Positions 18,077-27,585 are shown, numbered from the stretch's first letter. The stretch is 64,000 nt of DNA from a virus (IMGVR_UViG_3300005445_000001:21651-85650); one strand, 5' to 3'. The notes: generated by a model not told the origin, from the letters alone. Translations and numbers: made by a program.

Positions 18077-18544
18077 CTAAGCCCTCACCCTGGCTGAGAT
18101 CACCCTATCGAGAATTTTGTGAGATCTCGGTCGAAAGTGATGGTGGAGATCGCACGCATCGACACCTCGCCGCACGAACACGTGGCCTCGACGACACGCT
18201 CGAACGAGTCCTAGACCACCACCATACGCAAGGTCGGCGCACCATTCATTGCCGCGACAGATCGACAGCCACTGCTTCCAGTGCACCGCTCCGGTCAAGT
18301 AGCCACCGACGAGCGACGTCTCGAACCTTGAGCACGGCGATCGATGAGGAACTGGTGTCAACGCTCCGCAGCTCACGCGGCCTCCAGGTTCACGCGTGAT
18401 GACGTTCGCCGTGAACCTCGACTCGTGCCATGCGATCGCGAGCAACCGCTCGTGAGACACGCCCGTGATGAGCTCGGCGAACCGTGCAGCCGCTTCGTGA
18501 TCGCGTGGAGAGGATAGGAACAGACACAAGATGAAGATTTTCAT
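18077..18544 (-). CDS. lytic transglycosylase (SLT-like) with hydrophobic N-terminus
   Basis: LLAIAWHESRF catalytic Glu motif; AYGGG (AYNAG-like). Confidence 0.7.
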   Translation of the reverse strand: MKIFILCLFLSSPRDHEAAARFAELITGVSHERLLAIAWHESRFTANVITREPGGRVSCGALTPVPHRSPCSRFETSLVGGYLTGAVHWKQWLSICRGNEWCADLAYGGGLGLVRACRRGHVFVRRGVDACDLHHHFRPRSHKILDRVISARVRA

Positions 18545-18560
18545 CTTGCCTACATAACGC

Positions 18561-18586
18561 AACGGGCCCGCCTAGGCGAGCCCGTT
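18561..18586 (-). terminator. GC-rich hairpin, probable intrinsic terminator
   Basis: 12-bp near-perfect stem AACGGGCCCGCC/GGCGAGCCCGTT; weak U-tract. Confidence 0.5.
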
Positions 18587-18589
18587 TCG

Positions 18590-18852
18590 TGCCTCTCGAT
18601 GGTCAGTCTTCTAGGCTGAATCTCTCACAGGCCATCGTCCCGTGCTACGTGGGAGCCTGTTCCACTCGCAGGCAACTATAGATCCTTCGATCGACGCTCG
18701 TGAAGCTAGTGAATCAGCTTGCGCTGCCGATGGTGTTCCACCGAGTCACGAACGGCTGTCCCGGGTTGCTGAAAAGGATCGTCGACGGTGATTGGCTGTC
18801 TCCAGCCATTGGTGAGGGAGTTGTCTTGCGATGAGATCACCATCGACGAAAA
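18590..18852 (-). ncRNA. candidate multi-stem structured RNA
   Basis: No credible ORF; nested stems 18836-49/18779-92, 18774-80/18681-87, 18746-54/18695-703; TGGCTG-GAGA-CAGCCA GNRA hairpin; mismatches read as G-U pairs on the minus strand. Confidence 0.6.
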
Positions 18853-18854
18853 CG

Positions 18855-19403
18855 TTACGCGCGACGAGCAGCGCCCGCGGTGCTGTTCGCCGGCTTCGCT
18901 GCCGGCGCTGCAGCCTTCCCCTTGTTCGCAACCGGCGGCGTCGCTGCCGGAGCCGCTGCCGCTGGCGCATCCTCGAGCGGGCGCTCGGAGACGACGTTCG
19001 CGAACGTCTTGGCTTCCTGCATCTGGCCCGTCGCCGGGTCGACGCGCGCATCACCTTGGCGATGAACGATCGTCGCGCGAAGCCGCGCGCCCATGATCTC
19101 CGACGCCCGGAACTTGTCGAGCGACGCGCCGCACGCAACCATGAGGGTCTTCAGACGACCCCATGACTGCTTGAGCAGCGAGTAGTTCCCCCACGCGCGC
19201 GAGCCAGCATGCGGACTGTCCGAATCCTCGGGGACCTGAAACGTCACCACGATCATCGGGTTGTTCTTGCTCGATGGCTTCTGCTCGACTTTGATCACGT
19301 CGAACGTGTAGTCACCGGGCGGGATGAGCTGGAAGCTTCCATCCATCTCGGGGACGTCGGTCAGGTCGATCTCTACTTCGAAATCTGCGAATTCTGCGGC
19401 CAT
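18855..19403 (-). CDS. DUF669-family single-stranded DNA-binding protein
   Basis: AGGAGA RBS; IPPGDY, SSKNNPMIVVTF OB-fold pattern; Ala/Pro tail. Confidence 0.75.
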   Translation of the reverse strand: MAAEFADFEVEIDLTDVPEMDGSFQLIPPGDYTFDVIKVEQKPSSKNNPMIVVTFQVPEDSDSPHAGSRAWGNYSLLKQSWGRLKTLMVACGASLDKFRASEIMGARLRATIVHRQGDARVDPATGQMQEAKTFANVVSERPLEDAPAAAAPAATPPVANKGKAAAPAAKPANSTAGAARRA

Positions 19404-19425
19404 TGCTGTTTCTCCTGTTGGTTTT

Positions 19426-20310
19426 CTACTTGCGAACGATAGCCGGCGCGGATCCACCGCTCGCGGCCTTGGAAACTTGCTTGATGACGATCGGCGGTTG
19501 CGCGGCCTTCGCTGCAACGGGCGGCGTCGCGGGCGCAGCTACGGTGATCGATGAGAACCTAGGCGTTGCAGCGATCTTCGGCAACGCAGCACGAAGCGCG
19601 CCGACGTCGTAGCCAAGCTCGGTGAGAAATGTCGAATAGGTGCCGACCAGCGGATCAGGTGGCATCGCGCGATCGCTCATTCCTCGACGGTGACCGACGA
19701 GGTAGCTCGCGTAGCGCTTCGTGCGAACCTCGAACTTGGTGCCGTTGACGCGCGAATACCAGATGTAGTCACACGCCCCAGCAATCTGATCCTTGGCTCG
19801 TCCAGCGATCAGCGGCTTGCCAAGCGGCTCGTCTTCACTTGGATCTTGAACGAGCGCCAGCCAAACCACGTTGACGCCCAAGGAGTGAAGATCAACGCGA
19901 ACCTGTCTCATGTGCGCGCCAAGGTCACCATACGCACGACGATTGTCCGCCTTAGTCATCGCACCCATGATCGTCGCGAGCGCGAGCTCGGCGTAGAACG
20001 TCGCCGAGTCGATACCGATGGTCAACACACGACCCGACGCGATAAGTTGCTTGAGCCGCGGGATCGCCTGCGTCTTGATGTCGCCGGTGTTCTCGATCGC
20101 CCACACGATCGGCTTCACGCCGGGCTCGAACAGGTGTTCGTCTGGGATGTCGATCAGCGACTCCCAACCTTTCTCCGTCGAGTCGGAGAGGATCAACGGA
20201 CGCGGGAAGCTCGCAAGGAATGTGGTCTTGCCAGTGCGCAACGCCCCATAGATCAGGAACGTATTGATCGGCAGCTTGTTCTCGTCGGCGACCAGATCGA
20301 TCTCACGCAT
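19426..20310 (-). CDS. AAA_24 / Sak4-like ATPase
   Basis: IYGALRTGKTTF Walker A; IGIDSAT Walker B; adjacent to SSB. Confidence 0.8.
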   Translation of the reverse strand: MREIDLVADENKLPINTFLIYGALRTGKTTFLASFPRPLILSDSTEKGWESLIDIPDEHLFEPGVKPIVWAIENTGDIKTQAIPRLKQLIASGRVLTIGIDSATFYAELALATIMGAMTKADNRRAYGDLGAHMRQVRVDLHSLGVNVVWLALVQDPSEDEPLGKPLIAGRAKDQIAGACDYIWYSRVNGTKFEVRTKRYASYLVGHRRGMSDRAMPPDPLVGTYSTFLTELGYDVGALRAALPKIAATPRFSSITVAAPATPPVAAKAAQPPIVIKQVSKAASGGSAPAIVRK

Positions 20311-20794
20311 TGCGCTGCTTCCTTCGCGGACCACGCCCACGCGCGGCGACGTTGTGCACCGCGTGCACCTCTTGGATCGCGCACCGCTCGTCACGGCACG
20401 GAACGAAATCAGGGTTGTCGAGCAAGTCATCCTCGCTTGGAGGAACTGGCTGATCGATGTGTAGTTGACGGTTGTCCATTGCCCCGTTCAAGGGTTGTAT
20501 CACCTCATGGGGAGACTTCAGGGCCTTCATCATTTTTCCGTTCTCGAGACTGAGCTCATACACCTCTTTAGCCAACCTCGACGAGTACTCCTTCAAATGA
20601 ACCACTTGACCCTGAAGCTCTAGAACCTGCTTCTGCAGATCGTTGGTCTCATAGACCCGAGGCGCGTAGTCGCCGATCCCGGTCCGCCACGCGATCAGCT
20701 CGCGAATCAATTCGACCGGATCATCCTCGATTTGATCCTTGTAGTTTGGGTCATGAAGGTAGAGGAAGCGCTTCGCACGCTCTACCGGATTCAT
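20303..20794 (-). CDS. coiled-coil protein with Cys/His motif
   Basis: CRDERCAIQEVHAVH. Confidence 0.55.
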   Translation of the reverse strand: MNPVERAKRFLYLHDPNYKDQIEDDPVELIRELIAWRTGIGDYAPRVYETNDLQKQVLELQGQVVHLKEYSSRLAKEVYELSLENGKMMKALKSPHEVIQPLNGAMDNRQLHIDQPVPPSEDDLLDNPDFVPCRDERCAIQEVHAVHNVAARGRGPRRKQRNA

Positions 20795-21009
20795 CGCTCG
20801 GCCGTCCGATTGATCTCATCGTCGACACGGATCTCCTTCACACCGATATGGCCTTCCGATTGATAGAACACGCTCGCGCGAGCTCGAATCTCAGGAAAGC
20901 CCGTCGAGCGAAGATGATCTTGGATCATCGCAGCGATCTGATCGGCTCGAGTCCAATCAACGTCGCCAACGACAGGTAGATCTACAGCAACGGTTACATA
21001 GCTCTTCAT
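20791..21009 (-). CDS. hypothetical protein
   Basis: 72 aa, ATGA overlaps. Confidence 0.55.
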   Translation of the reverse strand: MKSYVTVAVDLPVVGDVDWTRADQIAAMIQDHLRSTGFPEIRARASVFYQSEGHIGVKEIRVDDEINRTAER

Positions 21010-21266
21010 CCGGGATCCTCTAATTCTCGACGGTTGATCTTGTTCGGCTTGCTCACTAGCTTGATGCGTGAGTCAGGAACGCCCAAGATTCGCCACGTTG
21101 AAGTCTTGCCATTGAATTCGACCTTGATCAGCTCTGCATCATCGTGAAGTCGAACCCAATGTCCCTTGTCGGGCTCGAGCCCAACGTACGTAGCGCGCTC
21201 CCACTTGCACCAACGATGCGTGTTGCGCCGAACCCAAACGAGTTGACCTTCGGTGAAGCTCTTCAC
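21006..21266 (-). CDS. hypothetical SH3-like small protein
   Basis: GQLVWV...W...ATY...WVR beta pattern. Confidence 0.5.
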   Translation of the reverse strand: MKSFTEGQLVWVRRNTHRWCKWERATYVGLEPDKGHWVRLHDDAELIKVEFNGKTSTWRILGVPDSRIKLVSKPNKINRRELEDPG

Positions 21267-22360
21267 GATTCACCCGAACTGCAGTGGTTGAACTCTTGGC
21301 ACGTGCCGAAGCGGTTCGCACAATTGTTGCGGGCTCGCGGCCAACTGTTATTGGCCCTCGAGAGCTGGATCAGTCCTTCCCACCGTCGAAGATCTTCCTT
21401 GTGCTGCTCGAGTTGGAAGCTCGTCGGAGCCACTAGCGTACGATGAAATTGTGGCTCCTTTTGCGTGCCGCAGAGATTCATGATCACGCCTTGGAGCTCA
21501 CCGAACCGCTTGTCTAGGCCAAGCCGCTTCCAAAGCATCACCTGACCCAACACCTCCCCGTCATTTCCCCAGCCGTTTACGAAGAAGTCGTCAAAGCGAC
21601 CTGAGCTCTTGTGCTCGACGATGTACGTCCCTGCAGGTCGACCTTCGATCGCCTCGGCGTAGAACCCAACCAAGTCGAACCGGCATGATTCGTTCGTGCG
21701 CGGATCACGAAGGTTGTACTCCACAGCAAGCGTCTGGATCGGATCGTGTTGGTACAGAAACGTGTAGAGGTAGAAGACGCGGTAGCCTTCATCGACGAGT
21801 GCCGGATCTGCCTCGGAGCGCATCCGATCGCGAAACGTCTCCGGCGTGAGTGGATAGTCCGGCTTGATCGTCCGTAGGTACCAGATCGCGAGCAGCGCGT
21901 GGATGATCGAGCCGATCGCCAGCGCCGGAGACTCCTTGTAGCTCGGCGTCGACGTTGAGACATAGACCGTCGGCCGATCGTACTTCCGTTTCCACAGATA
22001 CGGACAACGTTGGTAGACGCCAAACGAGCTCCAACCTCGTCCGGTTGATGCACCACCAAGACGCGGCACGTTGTGCTCGGCAAACGCCTTGTGCATCACG
22101 CTATCGACCGTTGGGTAGACGGTGACAGGAACCGCGAGCTCGGAGAGAAAGTCGTCGTCGGAACCTTGAGGCTGAGACGGATCTTCAAGATCCTCTTCTT
22201 CGATGGCGACGCCGAACCGATCGGTGAACTTGACGAGACAGCCGTTCGCTTTGTTGGCCGCGTTGGGATGAATCTGGAAGCCGTTCGTGCGCGCGTAGTC
22301 GCTCGATGCAGGCCAGAGCTTGCGACCGCAGAGCAAACAATTCGACTTGATCACGTTCAT
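21263..22360 (-). CDS. PD-(D/E)XK (RecB/Cas4-like) exonuclease
   Basis: SSFGVYQRCP, GSIIHALL, RFDLVG, VEHKSS, C-terminal C..C Fe-S cluster. Confidence 0.85.
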   Translation of the reverse strand: MNVIKSNCLLCGRKLWPASSDYARTNGFQIHPNAANKANGCLVKFTDRFGVAIEEEDLEDPSQPQGSDDDFLSELAVPVTVYPTVDSVMHKAFAEHNVPRLGGASTGRGWSSFGVYQRCPYLWKRKYDRPTVYVSTSTPSYKESPALAIGSIIHALLAIWYLRTIKPDYPLTPETFRDRMRSEADPALVDEGYRVFYLYTFLYQHDPIQTLAVEYNLRDPRTNESCRFDLVGFYAEAIEGRPAGTYIVEHKSSGRFDDFFVNGWGNDGEVLGQVMLWKRLGLDKRFGELQGVIMNLCGTQKEPQFHRTLVAPTSFQLEQHKEDLRRWEGLIQLSRANNSWPRARNNCANRFGTCQEFNHCSSGES

Positions 22361-22800
22361 CTGAAGTTGTCGTCTCCATCCCATTCTCGACGCACTTTAT
22401 CAGGGGGGTCCGACACCGAATCGTGGGTCACGATTTGGCGATCGTGGGTTGCGATTTGGCGAGCGAGCGCCGCGACGTAACACTCCGTTCTAGATGCAAC
22501 AGCAACGTAAGACTGTCCGCAGTAGCAACACGGCATGTCGACATCGTCATCGAACATGTGCCAGCAGTGATCCTCTTCGACAGCTCTCGGCAGATGTCCA
22601 CCTAGCCCAATTCCTTGTACCAGATCTGCAGCAATCTCCGCTGCACGGATCTCGATCTGCACCTCGGGTGGAGAATCATTTGAAGGACCAGGTGATACCC
22701 AACCATTGCACCATGGGCACCACTTAGAAGAAACGACACCATACTCAGTGCGGACCGTCATAGTCCGCATGAAACAAGGATTGTGTTTACAACGCATCAA
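22357..22800 (-). CDS. hypothetical Cys-rich protein
   Basis: CPWC, CCYC. Confidence 0.5.
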   Translation of the reverse strand: MMRCKHNPCFMRTMTVRTEYGVVSSKWCPWCNGWVSPGPSNDSPPEVQIEIRAAEIAADLVQGIGLGGHLPRAVEEDHCWHMFDDDVDMPCCYCGQSYVAVASRTECYVAALARQIATHDRQIVTHDSVSDPPDKVRREWDGDDNFR

Positions 22801-24386
22801 TCCTCCCCCTCGTAGGCGTCGCTCGCGAGCATGTCATCAAGGAAGCGGGCCATGTCTCCCTCGTCCTTTTCGCCGAACACGTGGAGCCGAAGTGCATCGA
22901 TCGCATCGACCGCGGCACCTACGCCGAGCGGCTCGCTCGCGCCGAGCTTGTTCACGAGCGCGCGCACGATTCGCTGATCCACGACATGATCGGCGACGAC
23001 GTACGTCACGCTGAGTGGCCGATCGGGCCGGTAGCAGCGCATCTCGGCTTGGCCAATGATCGCCGGCGTGTAGTCGAGCTCGGCGAAGATCTCATACTTG
23101 GCGTGTGAGAGATCGATGCCAACCTGCGCGACCGGCATCGTTGAGATCAACGCCATCGGTCTCGGTGAGGCCTTCCATGCGGCGATGATTTCCTCGCGAT
23201 CGTCGACGGGAAAATCGCCGTGGATCATGTGGCACTGTTCGCCCAAATAATCGCGGATTTTCTCGGCGAACTGGCGATGCCACGTCCAGATCACGACCGG
23301 CTCGCCGTTCTCGATGCATCGTTGAGCTTCGATGACCGTCGCGGCGAGCTTGAGCGAGCTCAACTCCTTGCGGTAGTGAGCCATGTTGCCGACGGTGTTC
23401 GTCCGCTCGGTGCGTAGCTTGCCCGCAAGCACGTCGAGCTTGCGTCGCATCGTCTCATTGACTTCGGCGACGACCACGTTTCGCGTGATCGGTGGAAGGT
23501 CGTCCTGCACGTCCTTCCACAACCGCCGCAACATGATCTCGGTGAGCCGCAACTTGAGCTCGTCCTCGTTAGAGATTCCCGTGAACCTCGTGCCGTACGC
23601 GCTTGGCTGAGGAGCTCCGTAGCGCATGCAGAAATCCCAATGGCTCCCCCACGCGCCGGGCTCGCAGAGGCCGAGCACGTGCCACAGATTCGGCGGTAGG
23701 TTCCAAATCGGCGTGGCGGTCATCGCGATCACGCGCTCTGCGCACATCGCGAGCACACTTGCTGCGTTCGAGCGCAACGTCTTGGGATTCGTCAGCATGT
23801 GCGCCTCGTCGAAGATCACCGTCCCCGGTGCCATCGGCGCCTGCCAGCGCGTGATGATGTTGTAGTGCGCAAAGATGATCGGCTTCCGCACCACCTCAGG
23901 ATCGAACTTGCTGCCGAGGCACACGCCGATCTCGAGCGCAGGAAACGCGCGCTTGAGCCAACCGAGCCAGACCGCGCGTGTCATGAGTGGAGCAACCACA
24001 ATGAGCTTGCCGCTCAACGGATCGTGGCTCATGATCGCTGCGAGCGTCTTTCCGACGCGCATCTCGTCGCCAAGGAGTGTTCCTCGTCGACGAGTGATGA
24101 AATCTACGGCCTGATGCTGATGTCGCCTGAGCTTGAAGCCAAGCGGCTCGGTCGCGTCATCGCGCATTCGCCAAGCTTGTTGGTCTCGGAGCTCGGTCTG
24201 CCAACGTGGTGTGGGCGTCGTGGCACCAAGCAACGGTAGATGGGTTCGATGGATGAGCATTCGCTCGTTGCCCATCACCACGGGCGTGTAGTCGACGCCT
24301 GGTGAGAAGTTGAGCTGATCCTTCGCTGACGTGGGGACCCAAAACCAACCGCGCTTGGGCCCCGGACGAGGGTCGATCACTTCCAC
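22797..24386 (-). CDS. SNF2-family helicase/translocase
   Basis: LGDEMRVGKT (motif I variant), FDEAH, MTATP, QAEMRCYR. Confidence 0.9.
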   Translation of the reverse strand: MEVIDPRPGPKRGWFWVPTSAKDQLNFSPGVDYTPVVMGNERMLIHRTHLPLLGATTPTPRWQTELRDQQAWRMRDDATEPLGFKLRRHQHQAVDFITRRRGTLLGDEMRVGKTLAAIMSHDPLSGKLIVVAPLMTRAVWLGWLKRAFPALEIGVCLGSKFDPEVVRKPIIFAHYNIITRWQAPMAPGTVIFDEAHMLTNPKTLRSNAASVLAMCAERVIAMTATPIWNLPPNLWHVLGLCEPGAWGSHWDFCMRYGAPQPSAYGTRFTGISNEDELKLRLTEIMLRRLWKDVQDDLPPITRNVVVAEVNETMRRKLDVLAGKLRTERTNTVGNMAHYRKELSSLKLAATVIEAQRCIENGEPVVIWTWHRQFAEKIRDYLGEQCHMIHGDFPVDDREEIIAAWKASPRPMALISTMPVAQVGIDLSHAKYEIFAELDYTPAIIGQAEMRCYRPDRPLSVTYVVADHVVDQRIVRALVNKLGASEPLGVGAAVDAIDALRLHVFGEKDEGDMARFLDDMLASDAYEGED

Positions 24387-24477
24387 CAGAAGAGTAGAAC
24401 ACGCTGCGAGGAGAACCTTTCCTCCGTAGCTCTCTGAGGTTACGCCTCCCCGTGAAAGGGTAGGCTGTTCGCTCTGG

Positions 24478-26130
24478 ATGATGGATCCCGCTGCTCATCG
24501 CTTGTCGATCACGCGCATCCTGAACGATAAGAACTTCAACGCATATGGTCGGAAGCAGGCGGCTTGGAACTACATCATCGAGCAAGAAAACCGCGTAGGC
24601 TCTCGATTCATCCGTACGAAGGATGGCGGTCTCTTCATGCTGATCGGCAGCTCGAGAGACATTGCCCCCATCTCCAAGAGGGGTGGAGATCGAATCACTT
24701 CGTATCTCTATAACATGTATGGCATTGCCGATCATGATGCTTACGGTAAAGCCATCTACAAATTCCTTCACGCACACGCCTACGAGAACGCAACGATCGT
24801 CGAGCTCAGACGGTTTTCTGCGTTCGTCTCTAAATCACGTACGGCTTACCTCTCGGCGTACAACGGAAAGATGTGGAAGATCTCAGGAGACAAAGATCCA
24901 GAGCTAATTTCAAACGGTGAAGATGAAATCTTCTTCGCCGATGACGATGGAGGATTGCCAACACAATCTGATGTTGGCCCTCATGATATCTTGTTCAAAC
25001 AGCTCACAGATCTAAATTACTCCAAATCTGGGATGAGCGGAATCACGCCTCAGCAACAAGCAATGGCATTGATGATCTGGGTGTTTGCTCTTGCTTTCCC
25101 CGATATGATGCCGACGAAGCCGCTGTTGATTCTCGAGGGCGCCGCCGGTAGCGGCAAGAGCGCCGGCATCCAACTGATCCAACTTGCGCTGATGGGAGAC
25201 ATCAGACCGATCATCATCCAAAAACACCATGAAGATGATTTTGGTGTCCTGTTACTTCGTGCCCCAATTGCTATCTTCGACAACACAGATAGCTATATCG
25301 AATGGGTTGCAGATGCAGTGTGTAGCTATACGACTCTTGGCAAATTCATCAAGCGCAAGCTGTATTCCGATGACGAGCAAGTAATCATCAAGCCTCACGC
25401 ATTTATCGCGGTTGCTTCCAAGAATCCAACCTCTTTCCGTCGAGAAGACGTCGCAGACCGTTGTGTGATCCTTCGTCTTGATCGACGAACCGGATTCAAG
25501 AGGATGGGCAAGCTCTGCGAGCAGATCAACTCATTACGGCCAAGGCTTGTTGGAGAGTACCTCTGGTATGTAAATCGAATCATCGAGGAGATTAGATCTG
25601 GCGCGATGGATGAAAGCGATGAGAACGAAACAAGCCGTATGGCCGACTTCGCGACGTTTAGTCGTGTCGTCGCCCGCGTGATGAATTGGAAGCCCGAAGC
25701 GATCGACGAGCTCATGGACGTGTTACAGCGCGAGCGCGACGCGTTCGTGAACGAAGGAGATCCTCTTGTCGAGCTCCTTCGCAAGTGGGTCGCGTACCGC
25801 CCACGATTCGGCCCTGCCAACGTGGGTCGCGAGGTCGCGCTCCAAGCGCTGTTCCTAGAGCTAGAGACCCTTGCCGACGCAAGCGGGATCCAGTTCTACA
25901 AGACGCCCAACACACTTGCCCAAAAACTTCGGTCGCCGCACGTCTCGCGAGACTTCACGATCGAGATGGATGCAACGGGCGGTCACAAAACGTATCGCAT
26001 CTATCGCAAGACTGATCCTCGTCTCGAGGTCATCGATGGCGGGCTCACCTTCGATGAATCAGCAGAGACGTTGACCGAAGAAGAAGATCCGATAGGACCA
26101 GATCTAGAACCCAAGACCAACGAGAAATAG
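24478..26130 (+). CDS. primase-associated SF3-like helicase/ATPase
   Basis: ILEGAAGSGKS Walker A, IFDN Walker B, DRC Arg finger, SRMADF; no primase domain recognised. Confidence 0.75.
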   Translation: MMDPAAHRLSITRILNDKNFNAYGRKQAAWNYIIEQENRVGSRFIRTKDGGLFMLIGSSRDIAPISKRGGDRITSYLYNMYGIADHDAYGKAIYKFLHAHAYENATIVELRRFSAFVSKSRTAYLSAYNGKMWKISGDKDPELISNGEDEIFFADDDGGLPTQSDVGPHDILFKQLTDLNYSKSGMSGITPQQQAMALMIWVFALAFPDMMPTKPLLILEGAAGSGKSAGIQLIQLALMGDIRPIIIQKHHEDDFGVLLLRAPIAIFDNTDSYIEWVADAVCSYTTLGKFIKRKLYSDDEQVIIKPHAFIAVASKNPTSFRREDVADRCVILRLDRRTGFKRMGKLCEQINSLRPRLVGEYLWYVNRIIEEIRSGAMDESDENETSRMADFATFSRVVARVMNWKPEAIDELMDVLQRERDAFVNEGDPLVELLRKWVAYRPRFGPANVGREVALQALFLELETLADASGIQFYKTPNTLAQKLRSPHVSRDFTIEMDATGGHKTYRIYRKTDPRLEVIDGGLTFDESAETLTEEEDPIGPDLEPKTNEK

Positions 26131-26177
26131 GAGAACGACAATGGGACTCAGACCAACCAAATTCGAGATCGAGCATC

Positions 26178-26384
26178 ATGGGAGCGCATCTCATCAATGG
26201 GGAGTTTCAGAGTGACAAGTATCCAACCACGCCCCGCGGCAAGGTTCCGCTCAGCGTGAAGGACCCAACCGCCCAAGATCTTCTCTGGGAGTATGCTCAA
26301 CGTCGACGATCGGTCGATGCTGAGTTCTCGGCAGATCTCGAGCTAGCGCTCATCAATGCCGGCTACGAGCCATCATTTGGCTAG
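26178..26384 (+). CDS. hypothetical protein
   Basis: 68 aa, codon style matches the genome. Confidence 0.55.
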   Translation: MGAHLINGEFQSDKYPTTPRGKVPLSVKDPTAQDLLWEYAQRRRSVDAEFSADLELALINAGYEPSFG

Positions 26385-26776
26385 TGCCGACCGAAGAAAA
26401 ACCACCACACACCGAGACCAACCGCAGCGACCGCGACCCAACCAAGCGGCGAAAGGCCCACGACTGCTTGTGGTGGTAGCGACACGGGCGTCTGATCGAT
26501 CGGTGGAGGTGGCGGCATCGGAGGTGGAGGCGTCGAGCCGTCCTGTCCGGTCTGGTAGTCACCACCCTGATCGACTGCGGGTGGACGGAGCGGATCCATC
26601 ACGATCGTCGTGCCGTCGGTGTTGATCTGCGCACCGGGAACCGCTACAGCCCGCACCGACGTAGGGAACGTGGGCGTCTGCGGCGTAAAGCCGGGTAGCG
26701 AGGCGAATGAGTACGAGCTCGTACCCGCGGGTGGTACTAGGTCCGGGGAAAGTCCAAGGCCTCGAAATACGAGCAT
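26381..26776 (-). CDS. Pro-rich tail-anchored membrane protein (MLVFRGLG leader)
   Basis: C-terminal LGWVAVAAVGLGVWWFFFGRH; TG-G-TAGGAT 6 nt upstream. Confidence 0.7.
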   Translation of the reverse strand: MLVFRGLGLSPDLVPPAGTSSYSFASLPGFTPQTPTFPTSVRAVAVPGAQINTDGTTIVMDPLRPPAVDQGGDYQTGQDGSTPPPPMPPPPPIDQTPVSLPPQAVVGLSPLGWVAVAAVGLGVWWFFFGRH

Positions 26777-26822
26777 GTTGGGATCCTACCAGATTCTCCT
26801 CGCGGTTTGATAACGTTGCGAA
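26777..26822. promoter_or_regulatory. back-to-back leaderless promoters
   Basis: TG-G-TAGGAT (minus) and TG-A-TAACGT (plus), each 6 nt from a start codon. Confidence 0.65.
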
Positions 26823-26996
26823 GTGGAAGACGACCTCTTAGAGAAGCTGATCAACATCAGCCCCACATGGGCTTTACAGCTGATCAGCGTCGGCCTCAAC
26901 GTGTTCGAGCAGCTTCTGAACTACGTCACCGAGGTGTTCGAGCGCATCGAGCTCTACATGGCGAAGGTCGGCGATGGCCAAGCTCGGGCCGCGTAG
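26823..26996 (+). CDS. 57-aa helical protein (not in ORF track)
   Basis: TG-A-TAACGT 6 nt before GTG; MEDDLLEKLINISPTW... Confidence 0.55.
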   Translation: MEDDLLEKLINISPTWALQLISVGLNVFEQLLNYVTEVFERIELYMAKVGDGQARAA

Positions 26997-27585
26997 GACT
27001 ATCAAGCGCAAGCCGGCTCGGCCGAAGATCGATGATGATCTAGCCGAGCTAGCCGATGTGCTCGCTCAAAACACCGGCCCCAAAGGATCAGCCGGTTGGT
27101 TCTCGATCCCGTGGCGGTTTGGATGGAACGCGGTGCGCCTCGCATTCGCACTATGCGGCAACACGTTGCCTACGTGGAACCGTGATTCAGAAGATCGAAA
27201 GTGGTTGGAGGCTCTTCTTGAGTCTCCCAATCCAACGAAGAGCGCTGCACTCTACTGGCGCGCACAAGATCTCCTTCTAGATCTAAACGTTCCTAGAGAG
27301 AAGACAGCTGCGCGCGCTGCACTTCGTTGCTTGCAGGTCTACGTCGGAGAATCCGATGGTGGTGGCGCGCTGTACAACGATATCTTGCGCCCGGTATTCG
27401 AAGCCCATGAGGCCAACGGCGTATCGTTCGGTCAAGATCTGATGCTTCGCTGGCGATGCCAAGACGCGATCTACACAACGATCATTTTGCAGAACGACAA
27501 GAATGATCGTTACCGTCGAGCATTTAAGATCGCATGGGAACGAGGCCTGTACCAAGCGGCATACGCGATCAGAGAGGTCTACTAA
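26974..27585 (+). CDS. hypothetical protein
   Basis: 203 aa. Confidence 0.6.
   Translation: MAKLGPRRTIKRKPARPKIDDDLAELADVLAQNTGPKGSAGWFSIPWRFGWNAVRLAFALCGNTLPTWNRDSEDRKWLEALLESPNPTKSAALYWRAQDLLLDLNVPREKTAARAALRCLQVYVGESDGGGALYNDILRPVFEAHEANGVSFGQDLMLRWRCQDAIYTTIILQNDKNDRYRRAFKIAWERGLYQAAYAIREVY

Noticed and set aside
18590-18620. Hammerhead ribozyme core (CTGA...GAAA) near the structured RNA
   Set aside because: The minus strand reads CTGACCAT, not CUGANGA, and the stems are not in hammerhead order
19690-20553. Long antisense ORFs in the track (e.g. 19690-20553, 34275-34856, 45436-46029, 48773-49576, 50422-51240)
   Set aside because: Shadows of real genes on the opposite strand, common at high GC; no motifs or start signals
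21263-22360. Cas4-like nuclease as a sign of a CRISPR system
   Set aside because: No repeat-spacer array or other cas gene seen; it sits with AAA_24 and SSB genes, the usual phage recombination context
24478-26130. This ATPase as the genome-packaging motor
   Set aside because: Motifs and size fit primase-associated SF3 helicases, not FtsK/HerA (A32) ATPases or terminases
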